In this document: positions 12,451 to 23,650 of the stretch, one piece after another
Layout: every line of letters begins with the position of its first letter
Position numbering within the stretch: the first letter of the stretch is position 1
From: Camelus dromedarius
Taxonomy: Eukaryota
Direction of reading: 5' to 3'
DNA: 64,000 nucleotides
Assembly: GCF_036321535.1 (NCBI RefSeq)
Contig: NC_087436.1
Coordinates: forward strand, 61,072,001-61,136,000
The notes under the pieces: model-generated
What the model was told of the DNA's origin: nothing
What the model saw: the letters and a program-made list of their open reading frames with translations, nothing else
Database searches by the model: none
Position numbers and translations under genes: made by a program

Positions 12451-14225
12451 TTGACTTTCAAAGATTTATGCACAAGGATGTTTATAACTGCATATGTATA
12501 ATAGTGAAAAATACATAAAAATGAAATATACAACTATAGGAAAATAATTAAATATCCTGTGTTTTCAAAGTTGGGTTCAAATGCTAGCTTCTCCGTTTGC
12601 TAGCTGGCATTAACGAATTACATGACCTCTCTGTGCCTCACTTTCCTTATTTAGAATATAGGGTCACTAATACCACCTCTCATGTGAATACTACACAGGC
12701 ACTACATAAAATCATTACCTGTTAGTATTATGTTTACAAATATGTTTAATGTCATTAGAAAATGCTCAGTCTGTCATGTTAAGTAGAGGAGGGAATCTAT
12801 GCAGTTTAATCTCTGGTACACATGTGGGTTTGTGTCTTTCTGTAGTTCAGATCTTCTGCTTTGTCAGCTTGAGGTACAAGATATGGTCACATGTCTCTAG
12901 TGAACAGAGGAGAAGCCCCATCCTACTTAGGATGAAAACTCCCTTCTCTTTCCCAGAGGACCCCTTCTTGTGGTATGCCTAAGGCTCCTCTGTCCCAGTT
13001 TATTAAGGATCAGTGATACTCCCACACACCTTGGAGAGAGCCCGGGAGAATCTGACCAGCCAACTGCGGCTGCACTTGCTGCTCCAAACACTGGTGTCTG
13101 GTGGAAGCGGTTGGCCACCACTGCCTTGGGTCCTCCCTGGCCATGCTGTCACTGCTGGTCAGGGGATGGGTCCCATGGTGCTGGGGAGAGGAGATTTCCT
13201 TCCTTTGTTCTATACCAACAATGACCTGGGCTCCCAATATTTCAACTTCTTAGTTTGCCTTCATGCACATTCTTCTCAAACTTGCCTCTGGTGCCGCAGT
13301 GGTTGCAGCAGTCGAAGGCTCCTGTGTTGTCCTGGTGCTGTACAGGAACCACCTCCCCTCAGCACCAGCGATTCAGTGATCCAGGTGCCTGCATAAGACC
13401 AGCTGTACTCATCAGAGATGCTTGAAAACAAGTGTACCTCAGAAGAAGTAGTTAGGGGCTTGACTCCTTTCCTCCTAGGAAGCTCCTGGGCTCTTTCAAA
13501 CTGACTCATCTACTCCCCAGTGACATTTGACCTTAGTACCAGGGGATGAGATGGACAGCCTTTGTCCTGTGACTGCCATTCTTGCCTCTGGATGGTGAGT
13601 GCCTCTGCCTTATATCTGCAAAACTAAAAGAAACTGCCCACGTGATTGTTTCAGAATAAAAATGTGTCCCAAGATGACTTGTTAGACATGGAATTGGCTG
13701 GCAACTCTTAGCTTGCAGATTTTCTTGCTAACAAAAAAATTTTTAAGATTCTGTCCCATCAGGGACACTGCTGCATATTCATGAAAAAGAAATTGACTGC
13801 AAAGAACTGTATCACATTATTAGCCATGCTTACCTCTGGGTGGTGGGATTCCAATGGATCCTTTTCTTTTTTGTGTATTTTGTTATGTTTTCCAGATTTT
13901 TAACAATGAATATGTATTACTTTCACAATTAGAACCATAGATCCTGCTAATAAAATTATTTAAAAAACAGTCACGTATCTGGGTAGGGATATCTGTGTGA
14001 ATATTTGCCTCTGTCCTAGGTCCACCCCCGTTACTCCAGATGACTGCTCTGTTTTCTGCAGGTGGATCTGGCTCTCCCCCACTGCCAGTGAGGGGCCAAG
14101 ACGACTGTTCTATAGAAGTCCCATATGGTCACAAAGAGGGAAATAGTCTTTGTGCTGGTTTCTAAGCCATCCAACAAGGCTACTGGTCACAGCTACCCTC
14201 TCACAAATTCTGCCATTGGGATGTC

Positions 14226-14835
14226 TGTGTGGGGTCCCCAAGATTACCCTCAGATTTGACAATTTGCTGGAAGGACTCACAGACCTCAGAAAAGCTGTTT
14301 TCTGTTTTCACAGTTATGGTTCATTACAGTGAAAGGATGAAGATTAAAATCAGCAAAGGAAAAGGTGTATCAAGTAGAGTCCAGGAGAAACCAGGCATGA
14401 GCTTCCAGGTGGTTTCACCCACTGGAGTCGCACGAACAGCCAGTGGTTCCCCAGCAATGCTTCCTGACAACACGCATGAGGTGTTGCTAACTTGAGCCTT
14501 GGTGTGCAGGGTTTGTATGAGGGGTCAGTCACGTGGGCATGGAGTGGTTGTGTGACTGACCTTAGATACTCAGTCTCCAGCCTCCCCAGAGGTCAAACTG
14601 GTAGTCTTGGAACCGGGGCCCCAGGCAAACAAAAATAGGCATTTACCATGTATCACATTATTAGCATAAACTATCTGCCATGGCTCTGGGCCCCAGAGAT
14701 ACAAGATATGCCTCTCAGGCAGGATATTCCAATAGCCTACAGGTTACCTATCAGGAGCCAGTCAGGGCCAGTCCTTCCTCTGGAATGCACAGAGTTTGGG
14801 CCCCCAAGTCTGCTGGGTTAACCCTTTACTGCACA
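14226..14835 (-). mobile_element. MER77-like ERVL solo LTR
   Basis: Minus strand starts TGTGCAGTAAAGGGTTAACCCAGCAG; MER21-family internal motifs (ggactcacagacctcagaaaagctgtt). Confidence 0.8.
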
Positions 14836-15379
14836 TGAGGTCAGGCTTTACAAGCTTGGGCCTGTTTGGATCTCTTGGATACTTGAAATTTTCTTGTTTT
14901 TTACCCCTTTAGATCATGGGGCCTGAGCCAGGTGGGCAAAGCCCTGCTTTATTCTCCTTGTGGCTTTATATACTGTTCTCTGAGGCCCTGTTGGAGGCAG
15001 AATTCCATGCAGGATTTTGGGTTGGCTTGACAGTCTCATAGTCACTATTTTATACCTCTGAAGCTGTGTGCCTGCTCTGGTGTCCCCACAGGTCTTTCTG
15101 AGACCTCTGGAAATGGGCTGCATTGGCTATGGGTCTGCTTGGATTAGGGCTTGGACAATCGATGGCCTATACTGAGGCCACAGCTGTGCCCACACAGCCC
15201 TGTACCCCTCCCAGGCTGGGCCCAGCATGCCTTGCAGTGAATGCCACTACCTTGCAAAGTAACTTACTCCCTGCTGGGTGCAAATCCTTAACATAAGTGA
15301 AGATAAAAGAGGTCTGAGAATTGTAGTTGACCACAAATTCTAATGAAAGAGCAGAGAGGTAGTCATTATAAAAAAAATT

Positions 15380-15615
15380 AGGCAGTGACAGGGAGAGTGA
15401 CAGCATTGGAGTCAGAGCTGAATTTGAGTCATTGCTTAGTTTTCTATTTCTGTGAACTTGAGCAAGTTATTTGCTCTCTGAGTTTTAATTTTTTTTCATC
15501 TAAAATGGGAATATTAAAGTTGGCTGTAGTTCTGATTACAAAAAAAAATGTATGCAAAGAAGCTAGGTCAGTATGTGGCACATGGTGGGGTGCAATGAAT
15601 TGTAGCTACTACTAA
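15380..15615 (+). mobile_element. MIR SINE
   Basis: ggagtcagagctgaatttgag...tgtgaacttgagcaagttatt...catctaaaatggg; many other MIRs in the window are not listed individually. Confidence 0.8.
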
Positions 15616-15619
15616 TATT

Positions 15620-15704
15620 ATTGGCTGTATTAACAGAGTAGGTGTTATAGATCAAAGAAGGTAGTTGACACACTGCTCAGCTTCATCTGGGCCTCCACTC
15701 TAGG

Positions 15705-15746
<42 letters not shown>

Positions 15747-16130
15747 ATGACTGAACATTTGGAGTTTTTCCAAGGATGGTTGTCAGGAGGGCAAAGAGTC
15801 TGGAAAATATGTCACATAAAGGAAATGGGGATATTTAGCTTGGAAAAGAAAAAAGTTTTCTCTGCCTTTAAATATTTGCTAGGTGACCATGTAGACATGT
15901 GTGGTGTAGCTACAAAGGATGTACTAGACCCAATGCAGAAACTCTAGGGAGGCCAGACCCTGTCAGAAACAATTCTCGCTGTCTAACAATCACAGATGCC
16001 CAACAGCAGATTAGACGGCTCCTGAATTGTCCTCGTCCTGGAATCATGCATTGGAAGATGTGTGACAGGTGGAAACACAGAGTTCAAGTTAGGTTGGGAA
16101 CCTGGCTGAGAATGAACTCCGAGGTTCCAT
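15620..16130 (+). mobile_element. CR1/L3 3' portion
   Basis: ggctgtattaacagag...ggaaatggggatatttagcttggaaaaga...gcctttaaatatttg...gaggttcc. Confidence 0.7.
15706..15743. repeat. (TG)19 microsatellite
   Basis: Perfect dinucleotide run. Confidence 0.97.
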
Positions 16131-16399
16131 GTCTTTAGTGGCTGTCTTGCCTGTTTTTCTTGTTAAGATTCTATAGGAGGCACTGCTCATAAAGACCCTT
16201 TGATGTTAAATACCATTATAACTTTGAAGGAGCTGCAAACACCCACGGAATGTGAAGAGTGAAGTCCTCTTACCCTCTACCTAGTTATCTCCCTAGAATG
16301 AAATTTCAAGTTGGTTTAGGAGAGAGTGTCCCAGCAAGTGTTTCTCTTCAGAATGATTAAAGTCTTTGGGTCCATCTGGACTCGTTCATTTTAACTATT

Positions 16400-16690
16400 C
16401 CATTTCCCAAGAATATCATCTCATTACTTTTTCAATGACCCAATATTTTCAGCACAAGTGAATGAGCCCAGAAAGTCATTTCAGCCATTGATTATTTTTG
16501 GTAACCTGATCTGTTCTGAATCCCTTTTCCTTTAATTTCCACTTATGTCCCCCTGTCTTGTCATCTGTTCTAAGCTGAAAATAGTAACTTGGCTTGACCT
16601 TGTTATCTACCATTTAAGATTTTATAGTCTTTGGTTAAATCTCATCTTAATAAGTGTGGCTAGGCTGTAGACAGTAGCTTCTTTCTTTTA
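16400..16690 (-). mobile_element. Very ancient CR1-clade LINE ORF2 C-terminal remnant (X-LINE/amniote CR1-like)
   Basis: Minus translation LR*DLTKDYKILNG / VDNKVKPSYYFQLRTDDKTGGHKWKLKEKGFRTD resembles CR1 LRGDLIEVYKILNG...TRGHxxKL...FRxD. Confidence 0.7.
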
Positions 16691-17899
16691 AAAGCTGCTC
16701 TTTGTAGCTCATATCTATTATTACAGGACCAATTTTACTCTCCTCTAAGTATGCCAAAATCTCACTTCATCTTTTTGAGAAGATCTGGTGTCAAAGTCAG
16801 CCTTATGAAGATATACCTTTTTGCTTAGAAACAAAGAAACACCTCCACTCTTGCCTTGAACTGTCTCCCAGATCTGTTTATGAATATACAAAAAAAAAAA
16901 TCTTACTTACATGGGATTTAAAATGCCACTGGGCAGGGCAACATACTAAGGTGTTAGCTAGATCTGAATGTGGATGGATTGATCAGCTCCTTTGCTAGGA
17001 GTAAATTTTGATGCGAGAGAAGAGATTGGTCCTTAGGAGAATTCTGGGCATTTATTTGGCCAAACAATGTTCTTTAAGCAAACATGTACTGAATACCTGG
17101 CTGTGATCTGGTATGGTAGTAGGATTTGGGAACAAGATGAAAAAGACAGGATGGTTGACCTCAAGAACCCGCTGTGAAGGGGTGTGGGGCTGTGGATTTA
17201 AACGTATAAGAAAATAGACAGAGACGTTTCAGAGCCTAGAAGATAAACTTCAGATTTTGAGAACAGGATCTGGGTGGCCTAAAGTAGTTTTCATACTCAG
17301 AAGTGGGGAGAAATGAGGCAGAAAGTGGTAGAAAACAATTTTCTTCCAGCTCTTTGGGATGCCATCTGCATCAAGGAGTAGAGATTCTTCAGATTTTTAA
17401 TACTCTTTCTAGGATGTCCTGACTGGTTGAGCATCACTCAAAACCCACCCAGTCCTTTGAGATTTGGGCAGACTTCTGATGCATGTCCTGAGGGCCTGGC
17501 TTTGGTAGCAAATCCAATTTAAAGGCAGAGCAGCAAATCAGCAGGAAAGGAAAAGACTCCCCTTTCCTCATGGCTGGCGCCCTCCTCCTTCCCCTCTGTG
17601 TCACCAAGTCCTCCTCACGTCCCCAGGCCCAGTTCGCATTCCACCTTCCTTGAGGCAACTTTTCTGAACCCCAGCTGGACTTCAGCTCTGGCTTAGCTGC
17701 AGTGCATCCTTCTCTCCTGTGGTGCTTACCACTCACTCGCTGGCTTTGCGAGCTGTCCTTTCTGGTTTAGAGTTGGGGGCTGGCCATGATCATATCACCA
17801 TCATCACTCTCAAACAGTGGGAGGAAGGCTACTGGGTCAAGGTGCTGAGGATATGGGACAGCTGAGGCCTGCCCTCCGTCAAGGGCTCACTATCTAGTC

Positions 17900-18125
17900 C
17901 AGTCTTTCTCCAAGTGAAGTTTGCTAGTACTATCTGAGGTCTATCAGTTCTATGAGAACTTTAAAAAACTGTGTTTTCCTTTCAATGAAAATATGCTACT
18001 GAAAGACTAAGAATAAGAATGAACTATATTATTTAAATTAGGGTGTTGTAGATAATCTCTGGGGTCAAGAGGCTATTATTTCTCCAAAAGAGGTCTCTTA
18101 CATCACTCAAATTTGAGAGACATTG
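17900..18125. mobile_element. hAT-Charlie-type DNA transposon relic
   Basis: Imperfect TIRs cagtctttctccaa / tttgagagacattg. Confidence 0.45.
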
Positions 18126-19339
18126 GTTTAGTTGATTTCACTAATTCATTCACTCATTCCATAAACACTTACCGTGTGTCTATGCGTTATGTCCTGGGCA
18201 CTCGTCAGGCACATGGGCAAGTGGTCAGGACACGTTCTAGGCTCCACAATCCTAAGTGCTGTTACTGACTCACCACGTAGCACCTTCTGTATGGGTCGGG
18301 CTGTGGATTTCTCTAGGCCTTGCTTTCTCCAGCAATAAAACAAAGATGAGAGTATTTTATCTATTTCTGTCTTCTCAGAGGTGTAGAAAAATATACCCTG
18401 GGATTTAAAAAAAAAAAAAGCCCATGACAAATTACTTGTATCCAAATTTGGTGTTTCCAAGTCAGCTGCAAGTGCTAAGTCCACATCTTCTCCTACATCC
18501 CACTAGCCTCTGTGGGAGGGACCCAGGACCTATGGAAGGTCTCAATGAGCTATAGCAGAAGTAGGTCCTACACTGCAGAGCAGAAGATTTTTCACAAGAG
18601 CTATTTTCAGATTTGTTTACACTGCCATCGACCTCCAATTGCACATTTCACAAACTCCCGTGGGGCCAGGGAGTTACTCCCTGGGAATCTTCTCTGCTTA
18701 GCGGGAACTGAAGGGCAGCATGCTGATGGGTCTGGTGTTTAAAGAACGATCTGTTACAGAGCTAAGGGGCTTATTACTCATTCTAATACGGAGCACTAAA
18801 TAAACACCAGACTGGATGGAGACGTAACCTGGGACCTTTTAACACAGAGCTAATATGAACAGCCATTAGAGTAGCACATTTACAAACCCACCACCCACCA
18901 AAACAGTTCTTATTAAAAATGCCTAAGTGGTTGCAGTGCAGTCAGCAAGAACTACAGCATGATGCTTAAATATGTCAGAGTCATTCTCTAACAGGACCAC
19001 TACCCTGCTGTTCCACTACTACTGAGTAACAGGTGGGATGCACCTTGTTTTAAAGGGAGAAATTCCTTTTTAAATGTGCTAACAGGCAGATGTGGATCCA
19101 GCATCACACAGTCTAGTTGGGCAAGTTTTTTTGATCCTGAGCATCACATCCAGCAGGGCAAGATTTTGTTCTCAACGCTTCCAGGCCTGGCGCCAGTCCT
19201 CTGCGGGTACCCGTGAGGCATCGTGCGTGGGCATGGTAGGAGACACAGTGCAGTCCTGTCAGTGGGCCACCTTGTTCACCAGGGCCTGCTCTCTCTGTGG
19301 AGCAAGAGATACTAAGAACTTTGTGGGGGGCATGATGCC

Positions 19340-19740
19340 CTCATTCATTCTGCTAACTTTTATTCAGTGTCTACTTTGTGCCAGACACCACACTAGATGC
19401 ACAGATATGGAGGTGGATAAGACATAGTCCCTACCTTACGGATGCTTATAGTCCAGGTGGACATACCAGCAAGTAAAGAGGCGATTCTAATACAGAGCAG
19501 TCAGAGTGATGCAGGCTGCTTAACCCAGTCTTGGAGGATCGGAAAAGGCTTGTTGGAAGTTCAAGCTGAGACCAGAGAAGGCAAGGGATATAGCAGGTCA
19601 ACTTGAGGGGGTGGCAAAGTGTACAAGTCCCAAGGTGTGGGACAGCATGTCAATTTGGAAACTACACATATTTCAGGATGGCTGGTCCTAGAGTGCAGGA
19701 TAGTATGATGAGAAATGAGATGGGAGACGTAAAAGACTTT
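19340..19740 (-). mobile_element. L2 fragment
   Basis: tcattcattc...tttattcagtgtctactttgtgccagacac...cttatagtccagg. Confidence 0.75.
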
Positions 19741-20329
19741 AAATTAAATTGGCTTCTAGTTATTTTTCCCTGCACTCCTTCCCCAAAGTGGACAAGGAAG
19801 GTATATCTGTGTGTGTGTGTGGGTGGGTGTGTGCATTAAATAAAACAAAACCAAGAGGAAAAAAAAACAACCCAACCCTTGAGTAACATTTTCAATTGCT
19901 TGGTTGAAGACTATTTAGAAGTAAAGTGATGGTCTCTCTGCTTGCTCTGAGTCAAGTTGGGGAAAACATCACATGCTAGGCTACTTATCACAGGGGCTGT
20001 GACCTGGTATTTGCCTACCTTGCAAATGCTCAACTGAAAGTTCAGTTTTCAAGAAAGAAAGTTACTAGGGACTCTCAGTATAGAAACAGAAGAAACTGTG
20101 CCAGAGGGATGCTAGGAGCAACTTCCACATGTGAATGCAAAACATCTGAAAGTCTAGTTGTGCAGCCTTCAAGACCCGCAGAAGCAGAAATTGTGGTCCT
20201 ATGAATAAGACGATGACTGCTTTGTGACAACATGAGTTGTCAAATCAAGACAGCAGATGTAATTAACAATAAGAACATTATCAAGTCTTGACATAACAGT
20301 TTATATATTCAATGACGTTGCAATAATTA

Positions 20330-22030
20330 ATATATTGGTTCAGTTGCTATATCAAAGGAAAAAAAATAACAGTGGCTTTAATAAAATAAAAGAGTTATTT
20401 CTTTCTCACACAGAAATCTGAGCTGGTAAGAAGCTTTGCTTCATGAGGTTGTGCAGGACCCAGACATCATCTCTTTTGTTCATCCACTGTCCTCTAAGGT
20501 CAAAGATGACCCACCACCACCATGTTCAAATTCCAATGTGCTGGAAGGGAAGAGGAAAGTAGGGCAGACAGCTCCTTTTTAAAGGTGTGGTCTCAATATA
20601 CAAAACAGCATGGAATTAGCACAAAAACAGACATATGGATGGATGGAATAGACTAGAAAGCCCAGAAATAAACCCACACACCTACAGTTAATTAGTCTTC
20701 AACAAAGGAGGCAAGAATATACAATGGAGAAAAGATAGTCTCTTCAGCAAGTGGTATTGGGAAAGCTGGACAGCTGCATGTAAATCAATGAAGTTAGAAC
20801 ACTCCCTCACACCATACACAAAAAGAAACCCAAAATGGCTTGAAGACTTAAATGTAAGACATGACACCATAAAATTCCTAGAAGAGAACATAGGCAAAAC
20901 AGTCTCTGACATAAATTGTACCAATGTTTTCTTGTGTCAATCTCCCAAGGTAATAGAAATAAAAGCAAAAATAAACAAATGGGACCTAATCAAATTTATA
21001 AGATTTTGCACAGCAAAGGAAACCATAAACAAAATGAAAAGACAACCTATGGAATGGGAGAAAATATTTGCAAACAAGGTGACCAACAAGGGCTTAATTT
21101 CCAAGATATACAAGCAGCTTATACAGCTTAATAACAAAAAAACAAACAACCCAATCCAAAAATGGGCAGAAGACCTAAACAGACATTTCTCCGAAGAAGA
21201 CATACAGATAGCCAATAGGCACATGAAGATATGCCCACATCACTAATTATTAGAGAAACGCCAATCAAAACTACAATGAGAAACCACCTCACACTGCTCA
21301 GAATGGCCATCATTAAAAAGTTTACAAATAATAAATGCTGGAGACGTTGTGGAGAAAAAGGAACCGTACTACACTGTTGGTGGGAATATAAATCGGTGCA
21401 GCCACTATGGAAAACAGTATGGAGATTCCTTAAAAAACTAAAAATAGAGTTACCATATGATTGAGCAACCCCACTCCTGGGCATATATCTGGAGAAAACT
21501 CTAATTCAAAAAGATACATGCACCCTAATGTTCATAGCAGCAGTATTTAGAACAGCCAAGACGTGGAAGCAACCTAGATGTCCATCAACAGGTGACTGGA
21601 TAAAGAAGATGTGGTGTGTGTATATGTAATAATATGTACGTGGGTCTTGAAGCACTGGTGAAAACTTGTGTTCTAGGGGAAGAAGAATGCATATCAGCAC
21701 ACTTAACTTAGGTGTAAGGAGCTCTGAGTCCACCTGTGGGAGCCAAGGCCACGTACGTGTGCAAGTCTTGTTTTAACTTCAAATAAACATATAAAAACTA
21801 AAAAGAATTAAATTAAATTGAAAAGGTGTGGTCTGAGAATTGCAGATATCCTTTCTCTTTGTCTTCCCGTGGCAAGCAGTTGTTTGCTTGGCCACATCTA
21901 GCTGCCAGTGAGAGCTGGGAACTGGAGTCTCTGGCTAGGCCTATGTGTTTAGCTAGAGCTTTGGGTGTTATTGCCGAGGGAAGAGGTAGGAATGGAAGGT
22001 AGTGGGCAATCGGCAGTCTCTGCCTTAGAC
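20330..22030 (-). mobile_element. MaLR LTR (MLT1J-like) split by an L1 insertion
   Basis: aacagtggcttta...(L1)...tggccacatctagctgccagtgagagctgggaa. Confidence 0.55.
20594..21821 (+). mobile_element. 5'-truncated L1 insertion with non-L1 3' segment
   Basis: ORF2 remnant [12 protein letters not shown]...WEKIFAN...[18 protein letters not shown]...IELPYD; TSD aaaggtgtggtct at 20581-20593 and 21822-21834; TTTT/AA target. Confidence 0.93.
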
Positions 22031-22559
22031 AGTAATCGCCATCATGTCATTTAACCTCTCAACAGAAAGGCAGCAGAGATTATTTATTGTAGGCGAGGAA
22101 AATGAGACAGAAAGGCTAAGAGTCAATACACGCAATGAGGCCGCACAGCCTAGTAGGACAACCATAAAAAGCCTGGTTATGAGGTGCCCTGGTAAGGCAC
22201 GCTCTTACTCACTGAGTTTTCTAAAACATACTCCTCAGCTTGAGAATAGTGTTCCCAGTGATGTAGCTCCTTTCAAGAAAAATCTTCAAGGTAAACTCAA
22301 GTTAAAGTCCCGAGGAACACACGTCTAAGGGGATTTTGAACATGGCCCCAGGTCTGGGCTGGCCATGTCTTATTTTGCCTCTTCCAATCCAAAGACCTGG
22401 GCAAATAGGACCAGGAGGATTAATGGAAAGAACATTGGATCAGGGGTCAGGAGACTGAGTTCTAGTCCTTGTTTTGTCACCCACGTAGTCATCTTTAACT
22501 GGGATCAAATGCATGCCTAGGAGATCACGGGCCCGGAGCTTGACACCGGCACATCTTCT

Positions 22560-22735
22560 CGCTGAATCTCAGAACAACGTTGTGCGGTGGGTACTATTAT
22601 CTACATTTTACAGAAGGTGACACCAAGGCCCAGAGAGCTGCGTGGCCCAAGATCATACAGCTTGTGAGCGGTAGAGCTAGGACTCCAACCCAGGCCCTCT
22701 GACCTCAAACCCAGAGCTCTTCCCACTAAAGCACA
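22560..22735 (-). mobile_element. MIR SINE
   Basis: attatctacattttacagaagg...aaggcccagagag...cccaagatcatacagct. Confidence 0.8.
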
Positions 22736-23369
22736 CCGTCCTGTATGCCCAGCAACTGCTGAGCGAACCAGAGTCAAATACATGACCGCTTGTATGCATG
22801 ATCGGTAGCACTTCAGCTTGGGGCCCATGTACTTCGGTTGCGCCCTTGTGACTCTGCCTTTTTGTGAAAGAAGCTCTGTACTGGAAGGAAGATCCCCTAA
22901 ACCGGCCTTCCTCACAAGCTCTGCTTTTTTTTCTTTTTCCAGTCTGCTTCTTGATGGGCTCTCCCTGGGAAACTCGTTTTTCTTTATTCATTTTTTTCTC
23001 TTTTCAAAGTTACGAAAGGAATCCATGTTTATAAAATTCAAATAAAATGGAAGAGTCTAAGATAGATTGTAACAGTTTCCCTGGCCTCCCCACCTCCTCT
23101 TCTAGTCCTTTCTCCCAGAGGTAACCACTGTTAGCAATCTGGTAAGCATTTTCAGATGTTTTTATCTATGCATTTATTTCTGTCTAGAGTTTTTAAAAGT
23201 AAAAAACAGTCTAGATTTTTTTGCAATTTGCTTTTTTCACTTAACAATACATTGCATTTATCTCTGTGTCCTGGGAAATTAAAATTGAACTCATTCTTGC
23301 TGGTGGTCATCTGTTGGGCTGGCCACAGAGCTGACTTTGGATAGTGCTCACATTTTGGTGTTATATGAT

Positions 23370-23650
23370 GTGCTGTTAACAGTGTGGACTTTAGACCCAT
23401 ACCGTTTCCCTTCTGAATCCTGGATCCATCATATATTAGCTGAGTGATCTTGGGAACTTAACTGTCGGATCCTGGATCCTAGGAGACTTAACTGCTCTGA
23501 GCCTCAGTTTCTTCAACTGTCAAGTGGGGTTAATAACAGTAACCTCCCTCATAGGATACTTGGAGTTTTAAAAGAGTTAAACAGATGGAACGTACTTAGA
23601 ACAGATCCTGGCATGTTGTTGTATGAGTGCTACATGAGGATTAGCTGGTC
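23370..23650 (+). mobile_element. MIR SINE inside old L1ME fragments
   Basis: ctctgagcctcagtttcttcaactgtcaagtgggg. Confidence 0.75.

Noticed and set aside
20788..21464. ORFs of 152 and 77 aa as a protein-coding gene
   Set aside because: Frameshifted L1 ORF2 C-terminal remnants in a 5'-truncated insertion
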